Shown here: piece by piece, positions 23,807 through 35,645 of the stretch
How positions within the stretch are numbered: the first letter of the stretch is position 1
Layout: each line of letters opens with the position of its first letter
Source: Squalus acanthias
Lineage: Eukaryota
DNA: 64,000 bases
Direction: 5' to 3'
Assembly: GCA_030390025.1 (NCBI GenBank)
Contig: CM059433.1
Location: 13,022,001 to 13,086,000, forward strand
Notes under the pieces: generated by a model
Seen by the model: only the letters and a program-made list of their open reading frames with translations
Databases searched by the model: none
Told to the model about the DNA's origin: nothing
Position numbers and translations under genes: made by a program

Positions 23807-24913
23807 ATGGGCTCAGAAAAATAATGAATTGCACATTACATTGACTCCCAATCCTCATTGCATCAACTTCAAATTCACTTTCTCAGTTACATGGTCTTGT
23901 CCCAGTCTGACTTTGAGACCGCTTCCTGTCCAATAACCCAGCTTGCACCCTCTGCTCTTTCAATAAATACCTATTCCACCCTCCAATCCATCTTCACTGG
24001 CATAGCCTTCTGTTGTCATGACAAAACACGCTGGAACTTTTCCAAAACTGCTCAACCTTGCTGCAAGCTTCCCTTGCCTTGAAAGGCTTACTCAATACCT
24101 ATTTCTTTGATCGTGCCTTCCATAAAATCTCCTCATTGGTGTCCTGGCCAACATTTATCTCTCAACCAACGTCACTAAAACAGATTATATGGCCATTTAT
24201 CTCATTATCGTTTTGGGATTTTGCTGTGCACAAAATTGGCTACCGGGTTTCCCTACTAAAACTATAACTAAAATTTAGAAGTAATTTATTGGCTGTGACC
24301 TTCTTCGGGATGTTGTGAAAGATGCTATATAAATGCAAGTTTGTTCTTCTTTCTAACTCGCCTGATTCCCAATCGGTGTCAGTTTTTCAGTTTCTGTGAA
24401 CGCCTTGAAACCTTTTGCTATCTTAAAAGCAAATGCTGTACCACAGCAACTCTGCACAAATGCAAATTTCTGTTGTTGAACAAGGTGGTATATTCAGTGC
24501 TGTCTACTCATACTGCTCTAAAAATTATACCGGTGTCAAATCAATAGGTGCAGAATAACTGTATTACTACCTCTCTCAGCTAATCACCCCAATTTTCAAA
24601 AACCCTATTTCAAGGACAGGGTTCCAGAGCTGCTGCTCCACCTGTGTTCCAAATTAAAGTTCAAAGCATCTGAGTGAATGAACTGCACAGAAATTACAAT
24701 ATGCAAACAAGCTGTTTGGCCCAAACAGTTCATATGGCACAACACTCCACAGTAATCTTACTAAGAGTTTACCATTACATCCCAATTTTTACATGCTATA
24801 CCTCTTGCCATAAAACCCAGTATTCCATTAGCTTTTATAATGGCCTTACCCACTTGATGTGCTGCTTTTAATGTCTTTTAAACCTGAACCTGTAAAACCC
24901 TCTGCTCTTCCAC

Positions 24914-25352
24914 ATCTGAGTCAGAAGGTTGTGGGTTCAGGTCCCACTCCAGGGACTTGAGCACATAAAGCTAGGCTGACACTCCAGTGCAGTGCTGAGG
25001 GAGTGCCGCACTGTCAGAGGTGCCGTCTTTTGGATGAGATGTTAAACCGAGGCCCTGTCTGCTCTCTCAGGTGGACGTAAAAGATCCCATGGCCACAATT
25101 TCGAAGAAGAGCAGGGGGGAGTTTTCCCCGGTGTCCTGGCCGATATTTATCCCTCAATCAACATCACAAAAACAGATTATCTGGTCATTATCACATTGCT
25201 GTTTGTGGGAGCTTGCTGTGCGCAAATTGGCTGCCGTGTTTCCCACATTACAATAGTGACTTCACTCCAAGAAAGTACTTCATTGGCTGTAAAGCGCTTT
25301 GAGACATCCGGTGGTCGTGAAAGGCGCGATATAAATGCAAGTCTTTCTTTTT
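24914..25352 (+). mobile_element. Deu-domain SINE, slightly 5'-truncated
   Basis: Matches the 22165 copy. A more decayed fragment lies at about 24138-24352. Confidence 0.9.
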
Positions 25353-25551
25353 TTATCACTCAGCTTTCCCTTGCTCAAAATATAATTATTACTTTTTTTA
25401 ACCAACATGTACCACCTCACTTTAGTATTAGCTGCAAATTTTGACATCCTTATATCCAAACCTTATATCCAAATCATTGCTGTGCACAGTGAACAAAAGT
25501 GCTCCCAGAACAGAACCATGTTGGACACCACTACCCACTTCCACCCACATT

Positions 25552-25807
25552 GGCCCCAATTTTAACTCCAGGTAGATTCCCCCGCGTTAAAGTTACAGTC
25601 GGGTCTCAATGATGCCATCGGGCCGCAACATGCATATGTAAAGAAGGACCCTGTTGGCTCTGGGCACGTGTCCTTGCTGCCTGCTCAGGAGAGCAGGTTA
25701 AAATTGCAGATGTTACGATCATGGCGGCTTTCGGACAGGTAAGAGCCAGGGTGATTTTAACTGCCCACCCGCCAGGTTTCTGCTGAGAGTAGGGTTAAAA
25801 TCGCCCC
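25552..25807. mobile_element. Short MITE inserted in an old minus-strand CR1 RT fragment (~25450-25970)
   Basis: TIRs GGCCCCAATTTTAAC and GTTAAAATCGCCCC. The flanks resemble the CR1 RT GVPQGSVLG region. Confidence 0.7.
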
Positions 25808-26292
25808 TAGAAACTGCCCTCAAGTCCTATTCTCTGCTTCCTCCCTTCTAACCAATTAGTAATCCAGTTTGCTACCCTCGCCCAACTCCACATCCCTTAA
25901 TCTTCTCCATAGCCTCCCATGTGTTATCTTGTCATAGGCTTTCCAACGGTCAATGTCCACTGCATTTCCCCCCCCACCCCCTCAAAGATATCGGTCATTA
26001 GAATCGGGAACAAAACTTTTGGTTTTTATTTTATCCAGAGCAGACGAGGTCAGCGACAACTGACCCGGAGCTCGGGATGAAGAGGAATGAGCAAAACACC
26101 GCCGGTCGGCAAGAACCCTTGCGGCCAAAGACCAAACCGCATTCAAAAAATGAAAACCCGCCCTTCCTTTTCCTACATGACAACAGTGGCTACACTTAAA
26201 ATGTTGGCTGCGAAGCACTTTGGGAGGTGGTGAAAGGTTCTATAGAAAATGCAAGAAAAACAGAAAATGCTGGAAATACTCCGCAAGTGGAG

Positions 26293-26900
26293 AATCATAG
26301 AAATTTACAGCACAGCAGCAGGCCATTTGGCTCATCTTGTCCGTGCCGGCCGACAAAGAGCTCTCCACCCTAATCCCACTTTCCAGCACTTGGTCCGTAG
26401 CCCTGTAGGTTACGGCACTTCAGGTGCATATCCAAGTACTTTTTAAATGTGATGAGGGTTCCTCCTGCCTCTACCACCTTTCGGGCAGTGAGTTCCAAAA
26501 CCCCACCACCTCTGGGTGAAGAAATTTCTCCTCAACTCCCCTCTGAACTTCCGACCAATTACTTTAAATCTACGCCCCCTGGTTATTGACCCTTCTGCTA
26601 AGGGAAATAGGTCCTTCCTATCCACTCTATCTAGGCCCCTCATAATTTTATACACCTCAAATGAGGCCCCTTCTGCTCTCTCAGGTGGACGTAAAAGATC
26701 CCATGGCACTATTTCAAAGAAGAACAGGGGAGTGTCCTGGCCAATATGTCTCCCTCAACCAACATAACAAAAAAACAGATTATCTGGTCACGTTGACATT
26801 GCTGTGTGTGGGACCTTGCTGTGCGCAAATTGGCTGCCGCGTTTCCCACATTACAACAGCGACTCCACTTCCAAAAAGTACTTCATTGGCAAGTCTTTAT
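26293..26900. mobile_element. CR1 3' fragment (minus, ~26293-26660) joined to a Deu-SINE fragment (plus, ~26661-26900)
   Basis: EVYKIMRGLDRVDRKDLFPLAEGSITRG; SINE core GGTGGACGTAAAAGATCCCATGGCAC. Confidence 0.85.
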
Positions 26901-27220
26901 TTCAATTAGGTCTCCCCTCAGCAGCCTCTCTTCCAAAGTAGACAACAACCCCATCCTCTGCAATCTTTCCTCACATCTAAAACATTCCCCAGCCCGGGCA
27001 ACATCCTGGTAAATCTCCTCTGCAGAACAAAAACTTGTGTAGAAATGCAATTCTTTCTTTTTTTTCTTTCAATTAGGTCTCCCCTCAGCCTCCTCTGTTC
27101 CAAGGTAGACAACAACCCCTGCCTCTCCAATCTTTCCTCACATCTAAAAAAAAATCCCCAGCCCAGGCAACATCCTGGTAAATCTCCTGTGCAGAACAAA
27201 AACTTGCAAAGAAATGCAAA
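26900..27220 (-). repeat. Direct duplication (~167-bp unit, 2 copies) of a CR1-derived segment just upstream of the PXDN promoter
   Basis: TTTCAATTAGGTCTCCCCTCAGC...GCAGAACAAAAACTTG...AGAAATGCAA starts at 26900 and at 27067. Confidence 0.85.
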
Positions 27221-27299
27221 TTTTTCTCCCTCCCAAAAGAAAATTCCTAAAAGGCGAGAAAAATAACTGGGACGGGAAGGGAGAAGACGCTTTGTGGCT

Positions 27300-27633
27300 T
27301 TTCGATGCGGGATCTTTGTTCGCTCTCCCCGCCCCCGAACTTGGTGCAAAGACCAAGAGCCCAGATTCTGGCCCGGGGGCGGGTGACAACCTAACCTGCC
27401 AGCGCTTTGCCGCCCCTCTGATTGGCTGCGCGGCGCTTCGCCGGTGTCAATCAGCTGACGTCACAATGCCTGGGGAGCCGGGCCCGGGTAGGGTTAGGTT
27501 GAGCGGGCTCCGGCGCCGAGCACTTTTCTCTCTCTCTCTGCTGTTCCTCCTCCGATCGTTAGTGCAACACAGAGAAAAAAAACACCCTATACACACACAC
27601 ACACAGCGGCCGCTCGCAGCGAGAGCGGCGACA
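27300..27633 (+). promoter_or_regulatory. CpG-rich PXDN promoter / 5' UTR
   Basis: GC boxes CCCCGCCCCC (27327) and GGGGGCGGG (27375), inverted CCAAT CTGATTGGCT (27418-27427), palindromic CRE TGACGTCA (27456-27463), and high CpG density through exon 1. Confidence 0.75.
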
Positions 27634-27815
27634 ATGCCCCGGATAAATTGCTCGGTGCTGTCAACAATAGCGTGGCTCCTTTTCGCCGCCGCCGTTTCTT
27701 TCCCACCGCGGACCGCTGCTTGCCCGAGCCGGTGCCTTTGTTTCCGCACCACGGTGAGGTGCATGCACTTAATGCTGGAGAATATACCTGCTGTAGCCCC
27801 GCAAACTACCATCCT
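27634..27815 (+). CDS. PXDN: Peroxidasin, coding exon 1 (signal peptide plus LRR N-terminal cap)
   Basis: [61 protein letters not shown] matches the vertebrate peroxidasin N-terminus ([27 protein letters not shown]). It ends in CT|GTGAGT, a phase-2 donor typical of LRR exons. Confidence 0.93.
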
Positions 27816-28424
27816 GTGAGTATGTGTGTGTGTGCACGCCACGGCTGCAGCTCTGCGAGGGGAGGGAGGGGAGGCTGAGCACAGACTTTGTTGCAAGTGC
27901 TTAAGAGAGCAGATGTAACTCCGAGCAGATGTAACTTCGTATTTTAAGCCGCTGCTGAATTGATCTTTGCTTTTTGGGAGTAGACGCGCGGCATAATTTA
28001 TGGCAGGCTGCAGTTAGATTGAAAGCATTTCTCTAGGTGCAGACATTTGAATTTTTTTAATGCACCTGTTGAATTCTCAATTTTAGATGTGGGCGCATTT
28101 TGCACTGAAGTGTAAATTGGGAGGTTTTTGTATTTCCCTTTAATCAGTGCCAAACACTGTCTATACTTGAACCGTTTAATTGTTTTTGGAGCGTGGGGGT
28201 GGAATACAGTGTTACAAAAAGCTGTTCTCTTGGAGAGACTGCAGAATTATTGTTGAAGACACGGTGATCCATGTGATGTGCTTAAGGAGCCGAAGGTGCT
28301 GAGTGTAAACTTCAGACACACAACATCTCGTCTTATGCAGAACTGTGAGGCTATTTGGGGTGTTATCATGTAATCTGATGCCAAATTTTAAACTCAAAGA
28401 TCGAAAAACACAATCTTTTATTTT

Positions 28425-28490
28425 TATATGTATATGTGTATATATATATATATATGTATATGTATGTATGTATGTATGTATGTATATAAA
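28425..28490. repeat. (TA)n/(TATG)n microsatellite
   Basis: Direct inspection. Confidence 0.95.
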
Positions 28491-29751
28491 TATAAAACTT
28501 TAGCTTTAGTTGGAAATGCAAAGCAAGACAAAAGGTCGAACATCTTGTTGAAAGACGCCTGCTGAAGTTTGCCTGGAGTTAGACACTTCTCTCCATTGAC
28601 TCCGATTCGACCCATTGACCAGCTGAGCACGCTTTCTACTTGGTGTAACATGCAATGTTCTGTGCATGACCTGGAAACTATCGGTGACTGGAGCGAGATC
28701 AGTCCAAAAGTAAAAGTGGCAGCTTTTCAAGAATGTTAAAATAACGGGGCTTGGAAGGGGGGAACAAATTCAGTCGCAGGCACTTTTGATCATACACTGA
28801 TGGTTATATACTTAATAAATGCACTTAAAAAAAAATCAGTGGAATATTTTTCCAGGCATCCTTGCTGGCATTCTTGCAGAATCCCACTTTACTTCTGGGC
28901 GGGGTGGGATCGGAAAACGTAATGGAAACGTTATTGGTTCAGGAAGCATTTCTTGCAACCAAATGCTGCTGCACATTGCCAGGATTGCTGGACTCTTGTC
29001 CCACACTGGAACCCAGATACTTGTACTGAATCTGCAACCGAGGGGGAGGGGGGCAGCACAATGCTCCTGTTGGCCTTGCAGCTTAACAACAAGCTGTCTG
29101 TTTAAGAAAATGAATAGTTGAAGCCCAGTGGAGAGCAATCCAAGTCATAAATCTGATGTCTACAATTTTGCCTTTTTTGGTGGGGTGGGAGGGAAGTGTT
29201 GCTCTTAGCTCCTTGTCCTCTTGGAGACTCCAGAATCTGTTTCACTAAAATATACATTCACTTAAATAGATGCTCTTGTTCTGACGAGGGTAAAAGGTTA
29301 ATGTGCGTGTAACTGAGTTTGACTGAGGTGGTTCTGTGGGCCATGTTAATTTTTTACTGATTTAGAAGGGGGGAGGAAAATTGAGGTGGTGATTTAAAAA
29401 AAAAATCTGCCAATCATCAACCAAAATGTCTTTGCTGGAATTCATTAGGGGCACACATGATTGCTTCACTTCATGTTTGGTTGCTTCCTTCTGCTGAGCT
29501 GATCATATTCTTTGCTCTTTTATTTTAAGCCATTGGCTTTTGTTTTAGCCCTTTATCCATTAATATGAAACACTGCAAGGACTAGATTTAATGGGCACGT
29601 ATCTGACTGAATTCATTTATGTTCTGTTTAACTAATTGACACTAAAGGATGGTGCGGTCTTAACCGTTATGTTAGATCAGGATATAGTCGGGGTGAGCTC
29701 ACTGAAAGGAGCACATCTTTTGGCGTCACCACCTGCAGGTATATTTCATGT

Positions 29752-30125
29752 ACAAACATACAAAAATGACGGCAGGTAAAGGTCAGCTGTCCATCAAGCC
29801 TGCCCCACACTCATGATGCCTGGAGAATTATGACTGGACACTTCCTGCCCTCACCCCCCCCCAGCAGTCATGTAATCTGGGAGAGGCAAACAAATCAGAA
29901 AAAGAAACCCAGGGCTAAAAATGGAGGGTGGGGGTATATCTGGAAAATTCCTCTCGGACCCCCTCAGTCGATCAAAACCAGTTCAGGAGACCACATTGAC
30001 CGTGCTTAGGCTGACTGTTAAATTACTTAAACTTTTATAAGAAGCGACCTCTGCCCCAGCCAAGAACCACTCCAGCTCCCTCTTCAGAGAGTCAGCGCAA
30101 AAGCCGGCAATGTATTCCAAAGGTT
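29752..30125 (-). mobile_element. LINE 3'-UTR-like repeat (probably a CR1 subfamily); second copy at ~48020-48330
   Basis: Shared blocks CATGTAATCT..GGGAGAGG and TCTGGAAAATTCCTCTC.GACCC...CGATCAAAAC in both copies. Confidence 0.65.
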
Positions 30126-30450
30126 CACTGTCGGAGGCGCCGTCTTTTGGATGAGACGTTAAACTGAGGTCCCTCGGGTGGACGTAAAAGATCCCACGAC
30201 ATTATTTGAAGAAGAGCAGGGGAGTTATCCTGGTGTCCTGGCCAATACTTATCCCTCAATCAACATCATTAAAACATTATCACATTGCTGTTTGTGGGAC
30301 CTTGCTGTGCGCAAATTGGCTGCCGCGTTTCCAACATTACAACAATGACTTCACTTCAAAAAAAAAAGTGCTTCATTGACTGTAAAGCGCTTTGGGACGT
30401 CCGGTGGTTGTGAAAGGCGCTATATAAATACAAGTGTTTCTTTTCTTTCC
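30126..30450 (+). mobile_element. Deu-domain SINE, 5'-truncated
   Basis: Matches the 22165 copy. Confidence 0.88.
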
Positions 30451-31710
30451 TTCCTTTCCAATAGCACACAAATGCTGAACAAATTCTGTTGTGCATTTTA
30501 TTTTAATTAAATCTACTCTTTAATGACAAAACTTTGTATTTTGCAACCAACACAATGAAAATGATACTGTTTCACTGAAGTTTAACATTCCTGGTTATGT
30601 ATGTATGTGTAAAATGTATCAATGATCTTCGGGCTAGGTAATACATCCTCTGGCTGGGCACGAATGATGGGAGTATTTGGTATAGAAATGGTCACGAGCT
30701 CTCCCTTTTCACATTATGTCTCGGTCTAGTCCACCTTCTGCTCAGAAGTGTGGTACAGAGTTGGTTTTACACAGATAGAAATGACAGTTTTACTTTGCTA
30801 GCCAAGTTTCTTTTTAGATATACAGCAGTGTTCGAAAAGAGTGATAGGCATTTTTGTTGGTGACGGTATGGGAGAACAGATGTATCCCTGAAATCCTTTG
30901 CTCTGCCAGTAATGCTGCATTAAACCACAGCCTTCTTTTCGTTACAGAATATCCATTTGTAGGTGATAGTTTTGATAGTCGATTTAAAAAAAAATAAATA
31001 GTAATTTTCACGTTTTGAGAGTGCGGCATTTTTTGATATATGCACTATTAAGTGTTACGATGTTAAAACTGTTGTGGTAGAACCAAGCATTAAATATGTT
31101 AGATTTGTAGTTTTACAAGGTTATAAAATGTGATCTGCTGTTGCATGTTTTTCATGTGGAGTAATTTGGAGTAGTGCCAGGATAGATCCAAACAGTATTT
31201 ACAGCCAGACACGGAAAATGAAATCAGTTCTGTGCTAGAGCTGCTGTTACTGCCAGAATAGGAGAAATGCCATGAATCCTGTTTTTTTTTAAAAGGATCA
31301 TTCGAGCAAAGGCTACAGTTGACTTAATTTGGTACACAGAAATTCACATCGTTACTGTCACACTTTAAATCAAGAAATTTTAGCATAATTACCAGATGTA
31401 CATAGTCCATTCTATTGGTTAGCAGCAAAGCTTACTAAAAAAAAAATTGTTGACAATTGGATAGTCTGTTTTTCAGTGTGTTATATTTGGCTTCAGTTTT
31501 GCATACTGTGAAACCGGCAATTGCATAGCACGTTTTATACTCAGCATAAAATCTCTTTTTTTGTTTCGTACTATCTGAGTGGATTTTCCAGGATGTCAGT
31601 TTATCTGAATGAGTTGCAGACAACACTGAAGCTTAAGTTGGTTATCATGGGGCAGATCTTCCTGGAAAAATAATAGCGTGTTAACGTGCGCATCGTTATT
31701 AATGTGCAAA

Positions 31711-33315
31711 CAGGGAACGGTAGCATAGTGGTAATGTCACTGGGCTAGTAATCCAGAGGCCTGGACTAATGATCCAGAGACGTGAGTTCAAATCCCACCA
31801 CGGCAGCTGGGGAATTTAAATTTACTTAATTAAATAAATCTGGAATAAAAAGAAAAGCTAGTATCAGTAATGGTGACCATGAAACTATCGGATTGTCGTA
31901 AAAACCCATCTGGTTCTCTAATGTCCTTTTAGGGAAGGAAATCTGCCGTCCTTACCTGGTCTGGCCTATATGTGACTGCAGACCCACAGCAATGTTGACT
32001 CTTAACTGCCCTCTGAAATGGCCTAGCAAGTCATAGAGTCATACAGCACAGAAAGAGGCCCTTCGGCCCATCGTGTCCGCGCCGGCCATCAAGCCCTGTC
32101 TATTCTAATCCCATTTTCCAGCACTTGGTCCGTAGCCTTGTATGCTATGGCGTTTCAAGTGCTCATCTAAATGCTTCTTGAATGTTCTGAGGGTTCCTGC
32201 CTCTACCACCCTTTCAGGCAGTGAGTTCCAGATTCCAACCACCCTCTGGGTGAAAAAGTTTTTCCTCAAATCTCCTCTCCACCTCCTGCCCTTTACCTTG
32301 AAACTATGCCCCCTGGTTTTTGATCCCTCTACTAAGGGGAAAAGTTCCTTTCTATCTACCCTATCTATGCCCCTCATAATTTTGTACACCTCAATCAGGT
32401 CCCCCCTCAGCCTTCTCTGCCTGTCCAGTCTCTCTTCATAGCTGAAGCACTCCTGCCTAGGTAACATCTTGGTGAATCTCCTCTGCATCCTCTCCAATGC
32501 AATCACATCCTTCCTATAGTGTGGTGATCAGAACTGCACACCGTATTCCAGCTGTGGCCTAACTAGCGTTTTGTACATCTCCATCATAACCTCCCTGCTC
32601 TTATATTCTATGCCTCGGCTAATGAAGGCAAGTATCCCATATGCCTTTTTAACCACCTTATCTACCTGTCCTGCTGCCTTCAGGAATCTGTGTACATGCA
32701 CACCAAGGTTCCTTTGTCCTTCCTAGGATCCTACCATTCATTGTGTATTCCCAAGTCACTCAGTTGTAACTAACGGCTACGAAACAAAATAATAAGAATG
32801 AAACCGGACGGACCACCCGGCACCGGCTACAGACACGGCAACGGCACACCCAGCCCAGCCAACCCTGCAAAGTCCTCCTCACCAACATCTGGGGACTTGT
32901 ACCAAAATTGGGAGAGCTGTCGCACAGACTAGTCAAGCAACAGCCTGACATAGTCATACTCACAGAATCATCACTCCCTCCACCACCGGCGCACAGTGGC
33001 TGCAGTGTGTACCATCTACAAGATGCACTGCAGCAACTCACCAAGGCTTCTTCGGCAGCACCCCCCAAACCCGCGACCTCTTCCACCTAGAAGGACAAGG
33101 GCAGCAGGCGCATGGGACTTAGAAGTATATTGCCGATTCTTCATTGTCACTGGGTCAAAATCCTGGAACTCCCTGCTTAACAGCACTGTGGGATTACCTT
33201 CACCACACGGACTGCAGCAGTTCAAGAAGGCGGCTCACCACCACCTTCTCAAGGGCAATAAATGCTGGCCTTGCCAGCGACGTTCAGATCCCATAAGCGA
33301 ATTAAAAAAAAAAAA
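31711..33315 (+). mobile_element. tRNA-headed, internally deleted Zenon-like LINE derivative
   Basis: A box TAGCATAGTGG (31721) and B box GTTCAAATCCC (31786). APE N-terminus TNIWGLVPKLGELSHRLVKQQPDIVILTES is joined at ~32970 to the RT C-terminus/3' UTR and poly(A). Confidence 0.8.
32034..32751 (-). mobile_element. CR1 3' fragment nested in the tRNA-headed element
   Basis: ORF 32105-32506. 7-bp TSD CAAGTCA at 32027-32033 and 32752-32758. Confidence 0.92.
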
Positions 33316-33631
33316 TCGGCCAGCAAGTTCAGCGGAAGAAGAGATAAGCCATGAGTTGCGAGTTGCCAGAACTCGCTGGTTGATTTACGCGGCTACACCG
33401 TTTGCTTCACACAAACGCCGTCTTGCCCTTAGCCTCTCCGTTATCTTTAACAACTTAACGGGATGTGCACATTAATTGCCCATTAAACCCGCCTCAGAAA
33501 GTCCCCTTTCAGCGACGTGATAATTGTTAATGCGATGCCAATCAATTTCTCCAGCCCAGAAAGGGAACATTTTGAACTGTTAAGTCCCATTCCTGCATGT
33601 AGTAAATTGCTCTTCGAGATTTTTTTAAAAT

Positions 33632-33800
33632 TCCGTTTAAATGTCTCATCTCAAAGACAACACCTCCGACAGTGCAGCACTCCCTCAGTACTGCACAAGT
33701 GTCAGCCTAGATTATGTGCACAAGTCTCTGGAGTGGGACTTGAACCCACAGCCTTCTGCCTCCGAGGCGAGTGTGCTGCAATTGGCCAAGGCTAGCATCT
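33632..33800 (-). mobile_element. Deu-domain SINE 5' fragment
   Basis: CACCTCCGACAGTGCAGCACTCCCTCAG...GGGACTTGAACCCAC. Confidence 0.8.
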
Positions 33801-34165
33801 AACTAAATACAAAAAGGCAAATGAATGGAATTCTAGGCCTAGTTCAAAGTGAGGTGGATGTAGTGAGCTTTGATTTATAATTTCTGTTGTGTGACCATTT
33901 CACAAAGTAATAGAAACACATTCAAATGTTTCAATTAAAATTAGACTAAATAATCTTTCTTTATGACACAGCAATTAAAGATATGAAAACATTGTAATAT
34001 AAATGAATGTTACTCTGGAAAGATTATTGAAAGACTTGCATTTATATAGCGCCTTTCATGACCACCAGACGTCTCAAAGCGCTTTACAGCCAATGAAGTA
34101 CTTTGGAAGTGGAGTCACTGTTGTAATGTGGGAAATGCGGCAGCCAGTTTGTGCACAGCAAGTTC

Positions 34166-35203
34166 TTCAGGATGGCAGGCTGTGACTAGTCGGGTACCGC
34201 AAGGATCGGTGCTTGGGCCCCAGCTATTCACAATCTATATCAATGATTTGGATGAGGGGACTAAATGTAACATTTCCAAATTTGCTGATGATGCAAAGCT
34301 AGGTGGTAGTGTCAGTTGTGAAGAGGATGTGAAGAGGCTTCAAGGGGATCGCGACAGGCTCAGTGAGTGGGCGAGAACATGGCAGATGGAATATAATGTG
34401 GATAAATGTGAAGTTATCCACTTTGGTAGAAAAAAACCAGAAAGGCCGAGTATTTCCTAAATGGTGAAAGATTGGGGAATGCAGATGCTCAAAGGGACCT
34501 GGGTGTCCTTGTACATGAGTCACCTGAAAGTGAATGTGCAGGTGCAGCAAGCCATTAGGAAAGCAAATGGTATGCTGGCCTTCATTACAAGAGGATTTGA
34601 GTACAGGAGTAAAGAAGTCTTACTCCAATTATATAGGGCCTTGGTGAGACCACACCTGGAGTACTGTGTACAATTTTGGTCTCCTTACCTAAGGAAGGAT
34701 ATACTTGCCATAGAGGGAGTGCAACGAAGGTTCATGAGATTGATTCCTGGGATGGCGGGACTGTCGTATGGGAAGAGATTGAGTAAACTAGGCCTGTATT
34801 CTCTTGAATTCAGAAGAATGAGAGGGGATCTCATTGAAGCATACAAAATTATTACAGGGCTTGATAGGGTGGATGCTGGGAGAATGTTTCCCTTGGCTGG
34901 AGAGTCTAGAACCAGGGGCCTCAGGATAAAGGGTAGGCCATTCAGGACTGAGATGAGAAGAAATTTCTTCACACAGAGGGTGGTGAATCTTTGGAATTCT
35001 CTACCCCAGAGGGTTGTGGAGGCTCACTCATTGGGTATATTCAAAACAGAAGTCAATAGATTTCTGACTAGTAAGGGCATCAAGGGATATGGCGATAGGG
35101 CCGGTGAATGGAGTTGAGGCAGAAGATCAGCCGTGATCTCATTGAATGGCAGAGCAGGCTCGAAGGGCTGAATGGCCTACTCCTGCTCCTATTTCTTATG
35201 TTC
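34166..35203 (+). mobile_element. CR1 5'-truncated copy (RT to 3' end)
   Basis: [20 protein letters not shown]...KFADDAK and ORF 34461-35117. GTTC occurs at both junctions. Confidence 0.93.
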
Positions 35204-35436
35204 CCACAAACAGCAATGTGATAATGATCAGATAATCTGTTTTTGTTATGTTGGTTGAGGGAGAAATATTGGCCAGGACACTGGGGATAACTCCCCTGCT
35301 CTTCTTCGAAATAGCGGCCGTGGGATCTTTTACGTCCACCTGAGAGAACAGACTGTTCTCTGTTTAACATCTCATCCGAAAGATGGCACCTCCGACAGTG
35401 CAGCACTCCACTGGAGTGTCAGCCTAGATTTATGTA

Positions 35437-35645
35437 TGTGAGAAGTCGCACAACGCCAGGTTATAGTCCCAACAGCTTTATTTGAAATCACAAGCTTTCG
35501 GAGCGCTGCTCCTTCGTCGCTGACCTGACAAAGGAGCAGCGCTCCGAAAGCTTGTGATTTCAAATAAAGCTGTTGGACTATAACCTGGTGTTGTGCGACT
35601 TCTCACATTTGTCCACCCCAGTCCAACACCGGCATCTCCACATCA
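35437..35645. mobile_element. Penelope-like remnant (family P2) forming an ~82-bp inverted repeat
   Basis: 12-bp TSD TAGATTTATGTA at 35425-35436 and 35646-35657. Arms at 35436-35518 and 35527-35608, followed by a 37-nt extension. Confidence 0.88.

Larger units (their letters stand above)
31649..33630. mobile_element. MITE-like DNA element split by a nested retroelement
   Basis: Starts GGGGCAGATCTTCC, breaks at 31710 and resumes at 33316 (TCGGCCAGCAAGTTCAGCGG). The right TIR was not seen. Confidence 0.55.

Noticed and set aside
27214..27633. First 140 codons of the 201-aa ORF as PXDN coding sequence
   Set aside because: It starts at a non-preferred position in CR1-derived and promoter sequence. 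Homology and the signal peptide begin at ATG 27634.
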